From Gammaproteobacteria bacterium (lineage in GTDB: Bacteria > Pseudomonadota > Gammaproteobacteria > Eutrophobiales > Eutrophobiaceae), in the NCBI GenBank assembly GCA_965243205.1, contig CBDEUK010000002.1, forward strand, positions 1,888,001 to 1,952,000: 64,000 nt of DNA, written 5' to 3'. A program made the position numbers and the translations under genes. Shown in pieces: positions 33,697 through 42,996 of the stretch (position 1 is its first letter; every line of letters starts with the position of its first letter). The notes beneath the pieces are model-generated. The model saw nothing but the letters and a program-made list of their open reading frames with translations. It was not told where the DNA came from and ran no database searches.

Positions 33697-34110
33697 ATGA
33701 TTACTTATGCGTATTGGTTTTTAGTCTTAGTGCTTATTAGTACAACAGTCTTTTTTATCGGTATTCGCTTAGATGCCTGGAAGCAAACGTTTATTTTGTC
33801 AGGTCTAATATTAATTGTTGCCTGGGCAGCGTATTATTTTCACTTTGAGCAGATGTTTGTGAAGAAATGGGGTGGAGTAATGGCAATTACGGTTCCAAAA
33901 GGCCAATATCACATACATACTACATGGAAAGATGAAAATCTGTGGGTAGAAAATTACGACCCGGAAACAAATACCTGTATTTTCAGTGAGTATTCTAAAG
34001 GCAATTTACTACAAGGCCGCGTTCACATTAAAAACTGTAATCCTCTCTTTTTCACCGACTCTGAAAGTGAGCTTAAAATAAATAGTTTGATTTCAGAGCC
34101 TACTCAATGA
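33697..34110 (+). CDS. Hypothetical membrane protein (2 TM + beta-rich domain)
   Basis: ATG at 33697 after rsmI (the track start 33664 overlaps rsmI); WGG..I.VPKG, TWKDENLW. Confidence 0.75.
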   Translation: MITYAYWFLVLVLISTTVFFIGIRLDAWKQTFILSGLILIVAWAAYYFHFEQMFVKKWGGVMAITVPKGQYHIHTTWKDENLWVENYDPETNTCIFSEYSKGNLLQGRVHIKNCNPLFFTDSESELKINSLISEPTQ

Positions 34111-34162
34111 AGTTATCGTTTTTAACTTGTAATTCTTATAGTTAGTCACTAAGTTACTAAGC

Positions 34163-34510
34163 GAGAGTTGGCCAGATAATCGCTGTTAGCCTTGAGTTAG
34201 CAGAGGAAAGTCCGGGCTCCATAGGACAGAGTGCCAGATAACGTCTGGGCGATGTAAATCGACGGCTAGTGCAACAGAAAAGATACCGCCTTTTTTCCTA
34301 AAAAGGTAAGGGTGAAATGGTGCGGTAAGAGCGCACCGCGGAACGGGTAACCGGTACGGCAGGGTAAACCCCACTCGGAGCAAGGCCAAATAGGGATCCT
34401 ACAGGTGTGGTCCGCACTGGATCCGGGTAGGCTGCTTGAGGCACATGGCGACATGTGCCCTAGATGAATGATTATCCATGACAGAACCCGGCTTATCGGC
34501 TGACTCTCTC
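34163..34510 (+). ncRNA. rnpB: RNase P RNA, class A
   Basis: GAGGAAAGTCCGGGCTC, AGTGCAACAG, GGTAAACCCC..GAGCAAGGCCAA, ACAGAACCCGGCTTA; ends pair (GAGAGTTGG / CTGACTCTC). Confidence 0.98.
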
Positions 34511-34511
34511 C

Positions 34512-34652
34512 TTAAAATATTTTATCAACGTCAATGTCTGCACGGTAGTCAAATGGGTTTGCATTACTTTCACCATTTAAAATTAATCCCGTCATGACTA
34601 ATATCCCTGTTAGTAATACAACTCCTGCAAGGGCAATTATTTTCTTTTTCAT
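34512..34652 (-). CDS. 46-aa peptide: signal sequence plus short polar tail (below the ORF-track cutoff)
   Basis: MKKKIIALAGVVLLTGILVMTGLILNGESNANPFDYRADIDVDKIF*; GGTG upstream; sigma54-like promoter. Confidence 0.7.
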   Translation of the reverse strand: MKKKIIALAGVVLLTGILVMTGLILNGESNANPFDYRADIDVDKIF

Positions 34653-34685
34653 ATTTAGCACCATATTTAGTAGATATTAAATATT

Positions 34686-34703
34686 ATGCTATATATATGC
34701 CAA
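34686..34703 (-). promoter_or_regulatory. Putative sigma54 (-24/-12) promoter
   Basis: Minus strand TTGGCATATATATAGCAT has exact GG-N10-GC spacing, about 35 nt upstream of the ATG at 34652. Confidence 0.6.
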
Positions 34704-34798
34704 TTATAATTTTATATAAAAAACTTTATATTAATCAATAATATATAGTTTTGTGAACCAGTTTTAATTCTATTTTACGTCTTTTAATAGAGACGATT

Positions 34799-35902
34799 TT
34801 ATTGGTGATTATTAGATAGCTCACCAGCTTGAACATGGATAGTCGAAGTTGGAAATGCACATTCAGCATCATGTTTAGAGATAATCTCAATAATCTTTAA
34901 CATAACATCTTGTTTTACCTCATGGTATCTAACCCAGTTCGTGGTTTTGGTCATTGTATAGATGAAGAAATCCAATGAAGAGGGAGCGAATTTATTAAAA
35001 TTCACTATTAAAGTTTGGCTGGTATCTATTTCATCATGATTCTGTAGCATTTCTTTAACATCGTTGACGATATCAGACATCTTTTCGGCATCATCATAAC
35101 GAATACCAATGGTTTCATGGATGCGACGATGACTCATGCGGGATGGGTTTTGCACGGCTATATTGGCGAACACAGAGTTAGGAACATACAAGGGGCGTTT
35201 ATCAAAGGTTCGAATCGTCGTTAAGCGCCAACCAATATTTTCTACTGTTCCTTCTATTTCTCTATCAGGGGAACGAATCCAATCTCCTACTTTAAACGGT
35301 CTGTCTAAATAGATCATTAGACCGCCAAAAAAGTTTGCGAGTAAATCTTTGGCAGCAAAACCAATAGCAATACCCCCAATTCCACCGAATGCTAATAAAC
35401 CTGAAATACTGTAACCAAGTTTTTGTAAGATAATGAGCAAAGCCGTAATAATGACTGAAGCTCGAAACAGCTTAGAGATAGCATCGACAGTAGTGTAATC
35501 AAGAGGTTTGCCATTTTTAATCCCGTCCTGAATTAATTGAGTTTTTGCTGTAGCAATAAAGCGGATAAAAAACCAAGTGATGCAAACAATGATGCCAACA
35601 TCTTTGATTGTATCCACGATCAACAAAAGAGATTCGTTATCTGTATTTCTGTAGGCAATTTTAATCGCTAAGCTAATGCCTAAAACCCATATTAAAAGTC
35701 TTAAAGGTTTGCTGAGCGAATAGAATAAAATGTAATCCCAAATGTTATCGGTCTGTCCAAATTTATTAACTAATTTTTTAAATACGATCCTTATCACTAA
35801 ATTTAGAGTCATTGTTAGAAGAACAACGATGAATATTTTTAATACCCATGACTCGTTCGAAAAATATTCTAAGTATTTATTAATTGTTTCTTGTTCAGGC
35901 AT
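34799..35902 (-). CDS. MscS family mechanosensitive channel (YnaI-like)
   Basis: GGIGGIAIGFAAKD, DRPFKVGDWI, GTVENIGWR, VPNS, AFPT. Confidence 0.95.
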   Translation of the reverse strand: MPEQETINKYLEYFSNESWVLKIFIVVLLTMTLNLVIRIVFKKLVNKFGQTDNIWDYILFYSLSKPLRLLIWVLGISLAIKIAYRNTDNESLLLIVDTIKDVGIIVCITWFFIRFIATAKTQLIQDGIKNGKPLDYTTVDAISKLFRASVIITALLIILQKLGYSISGLLAFGGIGGIAIGFAAKDLLANFFGGLMIYLDRPFKVGDWIRSPDREIEGTVENIGWRLTTIRTFDKRPLYVPNSVFANIAVQNPSRMSHRRIHETIGIRYDDAEKMSDIVNDVKEMLQNHDEIDTSQTLIVNFNKFAPSSLDFFIYTMTKTTNWVRYHEVKQDVMLKIIEIISKHDAECAFPTSTIHVQAGELSNNHQ

Positions 35903-35930
35903 AAAGATAAACCAAACGTCTATAATAAAA

Positions 35931-36854
35931 TTAATGGATAGGAGTTAATTTATAACCCTGTTGTTTGAGTAAGGCAACTACTCCTTGTTTGCCAACTAAA
36001 TGTAAACTTCCTATGGCAATGAAATTAGAGGTATCGTTTAAATTATCAATGATATTTTTTACCATATTATGATTACGTACGTTCACCAGTTGTTCGTATA
36101 ATTGTTGGTAAAGTTGTTCATTAATAATGGAATATTTATTTGCTGCTTTGACTACATTAAGTAAATCGTTATTAACGTAAAAATCAATCACAGTATTCAA
36201 ATCGTTTTGAATAGTTTGATAATGACAAACAGAATCAAATAAAAGATGCGTTTGTTGATGATGATTGAGGTTATCAAAAACCGCCAGTTGTTGTTCCATC
36301 GTTTCAAGTCCTTTGAGTTGTTTATTCTGTTGGCGGGCGATTTCGAGTAATTTTAGATCAAGAATAGTTCCATTATTTTCTGGGTAATTCATGACTAAAT
36401 ACGCTGCCCAAGGCTGCATCAACTTTACATATTGTTCAGGAATATTATACAAAGCAAGAATGCGTGCCATTTTATTCATTACATCAGGTTCTACGTATTC
36501 AAGAAGTAATTGGTCATTAGCAGAAAACATTCGTTGACTTAATTGTATTTCTAATTCAGGCGTTAATAATAACTCAAGAATAAATTGATCAGAATTTTGC
36601 AATGCGTTTAAAACATTTTCGGGTATATCTAAAACTCTCGGGTCACTGGAATGCATCGTGCCATATAGATAACTGGTTTTATAACCTTGTTTTTCGATTT
36701 TCCAAAACAACGAATCGCTATTTTGAGTATCAATATCTTCAGTATGATTCAGTATGAATGCCTTACAGTTGTTTAAAGAAAATTTTTGATCTGCGTTAAC
36801 AAGGCATGAAATAAAACAAAAAATGAGTACTGAATAAAATTTAAGATAATTCAT
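35931..36854 (-). CDS. TraB/GumN family protein
   Basis: SYLYGTMH, GLETMEQQ, RNHNM, IAIGSLHL; signal peptide. Confidence 0.9.
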   Translation of the reverse strand: MNYLKFYSVLIFCFISCLVNADQKFSLNNCKAFILNHTEDIDTQNSDSLFWKIEKQGYKTSYLYGTMHSSDPRVLDIPENVLNALQNSDQFILELLLTPELEIQLSQRMFSANDQLLLEYVEPDVMNKMARILALYNIPEQYVKLMQPWAAYLVMNYPENNGTILDLKLLEIARQQNKQLKGLETMEQQLAVFDNLNHHQQTHLLFDSVCHYQTIQNDLNTVIDFYVNNDLLNVVKAANKYSIINEQLYQQLYEQLVNVRNHNMVKNIIDNLNDTSNFIAIGSLHLVGKQGVVALLKQQGYKLTPIH

Positions 36855-37905
36855 TATCGCCTAGATCCAATTCTGGTGTTTTGACTAAATCATTCATATC
36901 TCGACTAGCCTGTTTCCATTTGTCTGAACAACAGAGTGCTTGTAAATCAGAGGTGTTTTTACGATTTGCTCGCATGCGCATAAGACGAGAATGGCTAGAA
37001 GGATTCGGTGTATACTCTAACTGTTCTAACACTTTCACTGCTTCTGATTGTTGATTGCAGATTAATGCCATATCACAACCTGCGGAAAGAGCGGCCCTGG
37101 TTCTATCAAGATAATCACCAACGACTTCTGCACCAGTCATACTTAAATCATCACTAAATATGACGCCATTAAAACTTAATTGTTGGCGTAAGATGGTTTG
37201 TAACCAAAATGTTGAAAACCCAGCGGGTAATTTATCGATATTGGGATAAATTACATGTGCTGGCATGATAGCGCTTAGGTTTGCCAAGATTACATTTTCA
37301 AATGGTCTGATGTCAGACATCTGTATATCTTCAAATCTACGCCCATCACGAGGGATCTCGATATGCGAATCTTCTTTGACGGAACCATGACCTGGGAAAT
37401 GTTTTCCTACGGCAGACATTCCGGCTTGATTCATACCCTTGATATACAATTTTGCAAGTAATGAGATGATGTCAGGATCATGGTGAAAAGCTCTATCGCC
37501 GATTACTTGGCTAACACCTTTATACAAATCCAATACAGGAGCGAAACTAAAATCGATACCAACGGCGAGTAATTCAGATGCCATAAGCCATCCAGCCGTT
37601 GTTGCAAGTTCTTTGGCTTTTGCTTGATCGTTATCAAATATTTCCCCTATTTGGTGAGATGCAGGTAATAGCGTAAATCCCTTACGAAATCGTTGTACTC
37701 TACCCCCCTCTTGATCTACAGCGATTAATATAGGGCTTTCTTTTGCATTGCGAATGGACTTACAAAGCTGAGTTATTTGTTCAGGTGATTCATAATTTCT
37801 GGAAAATAATATGACGCCACCTACTAAAGGGTGTTGGATAATTTCGTGCTCGTCTGATTGTAACTCAATCTCACGAACATCTAGCATGATGGGTCCAAAA
37901 GTCAT
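36841..37905 (-). CDS. nagZ: Beta-N-acetylhexosaminidase
   Basis: DQEGGRVQR, KHFPGHG..EDSH, SDDLSM. Confidence 0.97.
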   Translation of the reverse strand: MTFGPIMLDVREIELQSDEHEIIQHPLVGGVILFSRNYESPEQITQLCKSIRNAKESPILIAVDQEGGRVQRFRKGFTLLPASHQIGEIFDNDQAKAKELATTAGWLMASELLAVGIDFSFAPVLDLYKGVSQVIGDRAFHHDPDIISLLAKLYIKGMNQAGMSAVGKHFPGHGSVKEDSHIEIPRDGRRFEDIQMSDIRPFENVILANLSAIMPAHVIYPNIDKLPAGFSTFWLQTILRQQLSFNGVIFSDDLSMTGAEVVGDYLDRTRAALSAGCDMALICNQQSEAVKVLEQLEYTPNPSSHSRLMRMRANRKNTSDLQALCCSDKWKQASRDMNDLVKTPELDLGDNELS

Positions 37906-38043
37906 TTGATATCTATTTTTGTAATAAATTTTTAGTTATTTGAATAAGCATTATTATATCCATAAAAATAATGGTTTATCTTTGAATTTAAGATACGGCA
38001 TAATGACGAATCTGTATATGGATAAACGAATTACTGAATAAAA

Positions 38044-38523
38044 ATGTATGATTTTAAAAATATAGACGAGGATGGTTTTACTTTGGGAGATTTGGCGTTG
38101 TCTGTCATGAGTGCCGCTGTGCGGTTATTTGGTTTTGCATTGATGTTATTTGGACTTTGGGTTGCCTTCATGGTGATGTGGGAAGCTTTAGATTTATATG
38201 AAGATCCTATACGTATTGAGCAATTAGCAACACATATAGAACAAGGTTCGAATGTAGATGCAAGTCTGTCGAATGTTTCAAGTGAGTTAGTGAACAAATC
38301 AAGCGCTGAGACTACTCAGGCTAACAAATCGAATAAGAATAAAAATAAAGATATTCGTGTTTCTTATTTTTTCGCATGGGCTATAGCTTTATTATTATTA
38401 CTGTTAATCGCTAGGATTGCTTTAGGAGCGATTAAAACAGGTGGTGAATTAGTTTTATACGATGTTCAGATAAAACGTTTTGCAAAAGAATTAGCAAAAG
38501 AATCAATGAGAATACAAAAATAG
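38044..38523 (+). CDS. Hypothetical two-TM membrane protein
   Basis: 159-aa ORF with two hydrophobic helices around a polar loop; no family recognised. Confidence 0.7.
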   Translation: MYDFKNIDEDGFTLGDLALSVMSAAVRLFGFALMLFGLWVAFMVMWEALDLYEDPIRIEQLATHIEQGSNVDASLSNVSSELVNKSSAETTQANKSNKNKNKDIRVSYFFAWAIALLLLLLIARIALGAIKTGGELVLYDVQIKRFAKELAKESMRIQK

Positions 38524-38599
38524 ATTTTTTAAATAGGATTCTTTGTCTAGTTTTATAAATTGTTAAGATCCATCAAAAATAACTCATCTAGGAATCAAC

Positions 38600-39508
38600 A
38601 TGGCAGGTAACAGCGCATCATTTAAAGCAATTCTTTATGCATTTTTCGCAAATTTAGGTTTGGCTATCGCAAAAACAGCGGCATCAATTTATACCGGTTC
38701 AGGCAGTATGATGGCCGAGGCAATACATTCCTATGCTGATTGCACCAATCAACTTTTATTATTCTTAGGTTTAAAACAATCACAAAAACCCGCGACTAAG
38801 GAACACCCTTTAGGTTTTGGTAAAGCAACTTATTTTTGGAGTTTCATTGTAGCCATTATGCTGTTCAGTATGGGTGGTTTGTATTCGGTGTATGAAGGTG
38901 TACATAAACTGGATCATCATGAGCCAATTACGATGGCCTGGGTCGCATTATTAGTGCTTGGTGTTGGCATTGTCTTGGAAGGCTTTAGTTTGGTTGGTGC
39001 TTTAAAAGAAATAAAAAAATTACGTGGTGAAGAACCGTTTTGGAAATGGTTTTCTGAAACACGAAATGCTGAGCTTGTGGTTATTCTTGGAGAAGATGCT
39101 GCAGCGACATTGGGTTTGGCAATTGCTTTTATCTTCGTATCGCTAGCTGCCATTACTGGTAATTCGATGTACGATGCCATCGGCTCGATTTGTATAGGAA
39201 TTATTCTACTGTTTGTTTCTGTTTTTATAGCGCTTCGTGTAATGAAGTTAATCCTTGGACGTTCTGTTGAGCCTGAACTGGAAGCATTACTAAATTCAAT
39301 CATTGATAATGATGATAGTATCGAGAAGATATTAAATACAATGACCATGCATTTTGGCCCTGATGTGATGTTAGCGGCTAAGGTTAAAATGAAAGCAGGT
39401 TTATCGATTGAAGAGACTGTTAAACAGATTAATGAATTAGAAGAAGAAATAGAACGTCAAGCGCCTATGGTTAAATGGACATTTGTGGAACCTGATATTA
39501 AAGATTAA
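38600..39508 (+). CDS. Cation diffusion facilitator family transporter
   Basis: AEAIHSYAD, HPLGFGK, EDAAA, C-terminal FVEPD. Confidence 0.93.
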   Translation: MAGNSASFKAILYAFFANLGLAIAKTAASIYTGSGSMMAEAIHSYADCTNQLLLFLGLKQSQKPATKEHPLGFGKATYFWSFIVAIMLFSMGGLYSVYEGVHKLDHHEPITMAWVALLVLGVGIVLEGFSLVGALKEIKKLRGEEPFWKWFSETRNAELVVILGEDAAATLGLAIAFIFVSLAAITGNSMYDAIGSICIGIILLFVSVFIALRVMKLILGRSVEPELEALLNSIIDNDDSIEKILNTMTMHFGPDVMLAAKVKMKAGLSIEETVKQINELEEEIERQAPMVKWTFVEPDIKD

Positions 39509-39620
39509 TATAAAACTATCGATATATTTATATATCAGTTATAGTTTATCTAGATATTACAGAATTGTTTTTTAGTAAAACGCTACAATTTTAAAAACAA
39601 TAGTTAATACAGGTTTTTTA

Positions 39621-40598
39621 ATGTCTAATAGTCCTATACCAGACAATGAATCTGAACGAATAGCTAAATTGCTGGCTTTAGATATTCTCGATACGTCACC
39701 AGAACAGATATATGATGATATAACTAAGGCTGCATCCATTGCTCTGGATATGCCTATCAGTCTCGTATCATTAGTTGATACGGATCGACAATGGTTTAAA
39801 TCAAAAGTCGGTTTGGATATTGATGAGACTTCACGTGAGGTCGCTTTCTGCGCTCATGCAGTTTATTCAGGAAGGCCTTTAGTCATAGAGAACGCAAAAC
39901 AAGACGAGCGCTTTAAAGATAATCCTCTTGTTACATCAGATAAAATTGGTTCTTATTTAGGCATGCCGTTAAATATTTCTGATGATATTTGTTTAGGTAC
40001 GCTATGCGTTATCAGCCCAGAGGCTAAAGAGTTTACTCAAAAAGAACTAGAAATACTCTCTCGTTTGCGTAATGTTCTTATGCAAGTACTTAAGCATAAA
40101 GAAGAGTCTTTATCAGATTTTCTCACAGGTGCTTTTAACCGAAGAATGTTCCATAAAATTGGTAAGAAGTTTATCTCTTCTTTCAATCGTGATGGACAAG
40201 CTTTTTGTCTTATCTCCATCGATGTAGATAATTTTAAATCTATTAATGATACGTATGGACATGATTTAGGCGATGAAATCCTCTCTACTGTCTGTAAGCA
40301 TATTGAAAGCGCTCTTAGAGAAGATGATTATTTATTTCGTCTAGGGGGTGAAGAGTTTGCAGTATTAGCACCGATAAGTAATAAAGATATTGCTATTACA
40401 TTGGCAGATAGAATTCGTAAAGCAATAGAAAAATTTGATCTTACCTATGGTGGTACTTATATTAATCCGACTATTTCTTGTGGTGTTTGTTATTACAATA
40501 AAAAATATACGGATATAAAAGCAGCATTAATTGTTGCTGATGATGCTATGTACAAAGCTAAAAGACAGGGAAAAAACAAGGTGGTTGCAGTAGACTAG
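39621..40598 (+). CDS. GAF-domain sensor diguanylate cyclase
   Basis: GAF (RQWFKS, FCAHAV, GTLCV); GGEEF active site with REDD I-site. Confidence 0.94.
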   Translation: MSNSPIPDNESERIAKLLALDILDTSPEQIYDDITKAASIALDMPISLVSLVDTDRQWFKSKVGLDIDETSREVAFCAHAVYSGRPLVIENAKQDERFKDNPLVTSDKIGSYLGMPLNISDDICLGTLCVISPEAKEFTQKELEILSRLRNVLMQVLKHKEESLSDFLTGAFNRRMFHKIGKKFISSFNRDGQAFCLISIDVDNFKSINDTYGHDLGDEILSTVCKHIESALREDDYLFRLGGEEFAVLAPISNKDIAITLADRIRKAIEKFDLTYGGTYINPTISCGVCYYNKKYTDIKAALIVADDAMYKAKRQGKNKVVAVD

Positions 40599-41339
40599 CT
40601 AAAAATTATCTTTCTGTTTCCTGTAGTTTGCAAATTCACTTGCTGTGTTAGCCAATAAAAAAGGGTTCGTCGTTTTATCTTCTCCAAGGATAAAAGGTAT
40701 CGTTGGTAGTTTTTGTTTTCTTAAACTAACTATTTTTTTATAACGTTCCTTAAATTTATCAGTTTGTAAATTTAAACTGATAATGAAATCAGCGTTTGCT
40801 TCCGTGTATTCATGAGCACAATGAACAGTAATGTCATCAGGAAGTGATTTTATTTTAGCAAGTGACGCAAACATCTGTTCTGCGGAACCCTCGAACAATC
40901 GGCCACACCCTAAAGCAAACAATGTATCACCAACAAATAATAATTTTTGTTGTTCAAAGTAATAAATAATATGGCCTAGAGTATGACCAGGGGTTTCGAA
41001 TACCGTGGTTATATGATCTCCAATATTAATGTGATCGCCTTCTTTTACCGTTTGTGTGATGCCAGGCGTACGATGTTTATCGTATTCAGATGCAATAATT
41101 TCACAATCGTATTTTTCTTTTAATTGCAGATTGCCACCAACATGATCCATATGGTTGTGAGTATTGAGAATTTTTGTCAGTCCCCATTCTTTTATCTGTA
41201 ATTGTTTATCAATTTCATTGGCATCAGGCGTGTCAATACAAGCAGTTTCAAGGCTTATAGGATCATGAATTAGAAAGCCATAGTTATCTTCTAAACAAGG
41301 AAAGGTATGGACGATGAGATCATTTGTTATACTATTCAT
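40599..41339 (-). CDS. gloB: Hydroxyacylglutathione hydrolase (glyoxalase II)
   Basis: DNYGFL, THNHMDHVGG, TPGHT, GDTLF..GCGR, CAHEYT, NPFL; start placed at MNSITND (the track extends to 41396). Confidence 0.93.
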   Translation of the reverse strand: MNSITNDLIVHTFPCLEDNYGFLIHDPISLETACIDTPDANEIDKQLQIKEWGLTKILNTHNHMDHVGGNLQLKEKYDCEIIASEYDKHRTPGITQTVKEGDHINIGDHITTVFETPGHTLGHIIYYFEQQKLLFVGDTLFALGCGRLFEGSAEQMFASLAKIKSLPDDITVHCAHEYTEANADFIISLNLQTDKFKERYKKIVSLRKQKLPTIPFILGEDKTTNPFLLANTASEFANYRKQKDNF

Positions 41340-41675
41340 ATGCCTTGTTATAGCTACTTTTGCGAAGCAAATCAAAAACTCGTTTTGGTCGATCATCCAA
41401 TGGATACAGTTTTAACGACCTGGGGCGAAGTTTGTTATGTTAAACAAATACCAATTGAAGGTGATCCGCTAGCGCCCGTCAAAAAGATTATTACACCCCC
41501 GAATATATCGGTAACACCTTCCAATTCAGAGCTTAAGTCACTTGGGTTTACCAAATTGGTAAAAAGAGACGAGGGCGTTTATGAAAACGTCACGGCCTTA
41601 GATCATGAATCACGTTATATGAAGGCGGGTGATAAAGAAACTATTCCTGATTTAAAATCTAAGATCTCTGATTAA
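41340..41675 (+). CDS. FmdB-like zinc-ribbon-type small protein
   Basis: MPCYSYFC start, TWGEVC, GFTKLVKRDEGVYENV. Confidence 0.7.
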   Translation: MPCYSYFCEANQKLVLVDHPMDTVLTTWGEVCYVKQIPIEGDPLAPVKKIITPPNISVTPSNSELKSLGFTKLVKRDEGVYENVTALDHESRYMKAGDKETIPDLKSKISD

Positions 41676-41936
41676 CTATTTGATAAACAAACTGAATAAA
41701 AATTGTTCAATATAAAACCAGATAAATAACCTTGTTTTTAGCTGATTAGATCCTATGCTTATAGATGAGAGCATGAAGTATTTAATCTATTCAACCTTTA
41801 GAAACATGTTGATTTATTTAAGTCAGCACGTTTTTATTTTTGCTTTAATTTCTCACACCTTTCTAGTTTCCTGTTATAGGAAGCTGCTTGCGATAGTTCT
41901 TTTCACATTATCACGTCAACACTCATTGGAGGTTCT

Positions 41937-42158
41937 ATGTTCGAAAACCAACAGAATATTGTTAAATCCTTATTACAAGAAGATAAAGATTTCTCGAGGC
42001 TGTATAGCAAACATTGCGAATTAAAAGATAAAATTAATCTTGCTAATCAAGGCAAAGAAGCAATGGATGATTTGATTCTTGATCAGTTAAAAAAACAAAA
42101 ACTCTCACTAAAAGACCAAATGGCAAATATTATTTATAATTATCAACATAGCCATTAA
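41937..42158 (+). CDS. YdcH/DUF465 family protein
   Basis: MFE start, F.RLYSKH..L, LKKQKLSLKDQ; GGAGG RBS. Confidence 0.88.
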   Translation: MFENQQNIVKSLLQEDKDFSRLYSKHCELKDKINLANQGKEAMDDLILDQLKKQKLSLKDQMANIIYNYQHSH

Positions 42159-42175
42159 CTAAAATACTTCATAGT

Positions 42176-42203
42176 AAAAGCCCGCTTAAACAGCGGGTTT
42201 TTT
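42176..42203. terminator. Bidirectional Rho-independent terminator
   Basis: AAAAG-CCCGCT-taaac-AGCGGG-TTTTTT between convergent genes. Confidence 0.85.
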
Positions 42204-42207
42204 GATC

Positions 42208-42996
42208 CTAAAAAGCCATTTTAATTCCAATTAACAACAGCATGGTTGCTAGGATAGGGCGAATGACTTTATCTGGAAGCCAAGTGGCAATTCGACTGCC
42301 AAGAAAAATGCCAGGTAAAGAACCTAACAATAATCCCAACAATAAAGTTAGATCCACAGTACCAATATGCATATGACCGAGTCCGGCAATTAAAGTAATA
42401 GGAACGGCATGCGCTAAGTCGGTACCAATAATTTGTATAGTTTTTAATTTAGGATATAAAAATAATAATACAGCAGCACCAAATGCGCCTGCACCAACGG
42501 AAGATAAGGTGACTAAAGAGCCGATGAGTGCACCACATGCAATGGTAACGGGTTTTTGAATTTTTTGATGCAATGCTCGAATCCAAGCAAAACTTTCTCG
42601 GTTAGCAAATTTTTGAATCGACTTGCGAAAAATCAGTACTAACGCAGTTAGGATCAAAGCAATACTTAGTGAAGAGGTGATAATGTGATCGTAATTGACG
42701 CCACTATTATGCATGTTTTTTAAAATATAAATGGATATCAAGCTGGCAGGAATACTACCCATACAGAGGTATTTTACGACGCCCCAATCGATATTATGTT
42801 CTTTATTGTGGAAAATAATACCACTGCTTTTGGTAATCGCAGCATAGAGTAGATCGGTGCCAACAGCGACAGTTGGGCTGATATTAAAACCCAGTACTAA
42901 AATGGGAGTCATTAAAGAACCACCACCGACGCCTGTCATACCGACAATAAAGCCTACGACAAACCCAGCGATTGTGAATAAAAAATCAAATTCCAT
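42208..42996 (-). CDS. TauE/SafE family (sulfite exporter-like) membrane protein
   Basis: GMTGVGGGSLMTP, AVGTDL, SSVGAG, GTDLAHAVP. Confidence 0.93.
   Translation of the reverse strand: MEFDFLFTIAGFVVGFIVGMTGVGGGSLMTPILVLGFNISPTVAVGTDLLYAAITKSSGIIFHNKEHNIDWGVVKYLCMGSIPASLISIYILKNMHNSGVNYDHIITSSLSIALILTALVLIFRKSIQKFANRESFAWIRALHQKIQKPVTIACGALIGSLVTLSSVGAGAFGAAVLLFLYPKLKTIQIIGTDLAHAVPITLIAGLGHMHIGTVDLTLLLGLLLGSLPGIFLGSRIATWLPDKVIRPILATMLLLIGIKMAF

Noticed and set aside
34186-34454. Two minus-strand ORFs (67 and 62 aa)
   Set aside because: They are antisense shadows of the GC-rich RNase P RNA
41809-41822. TTGAT half-site suggesting an FNR box
   Set aside because: The second half is TTAAG rather than ATCAA, and the sequence is explained by the hairpin
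41755-42024. 89-aa + strand ORF overlapping the YdcH gene
   Set aside because: No recognisable motif or RBS; it overlaps a well-supported gene in another frame and spans RNA hairpins
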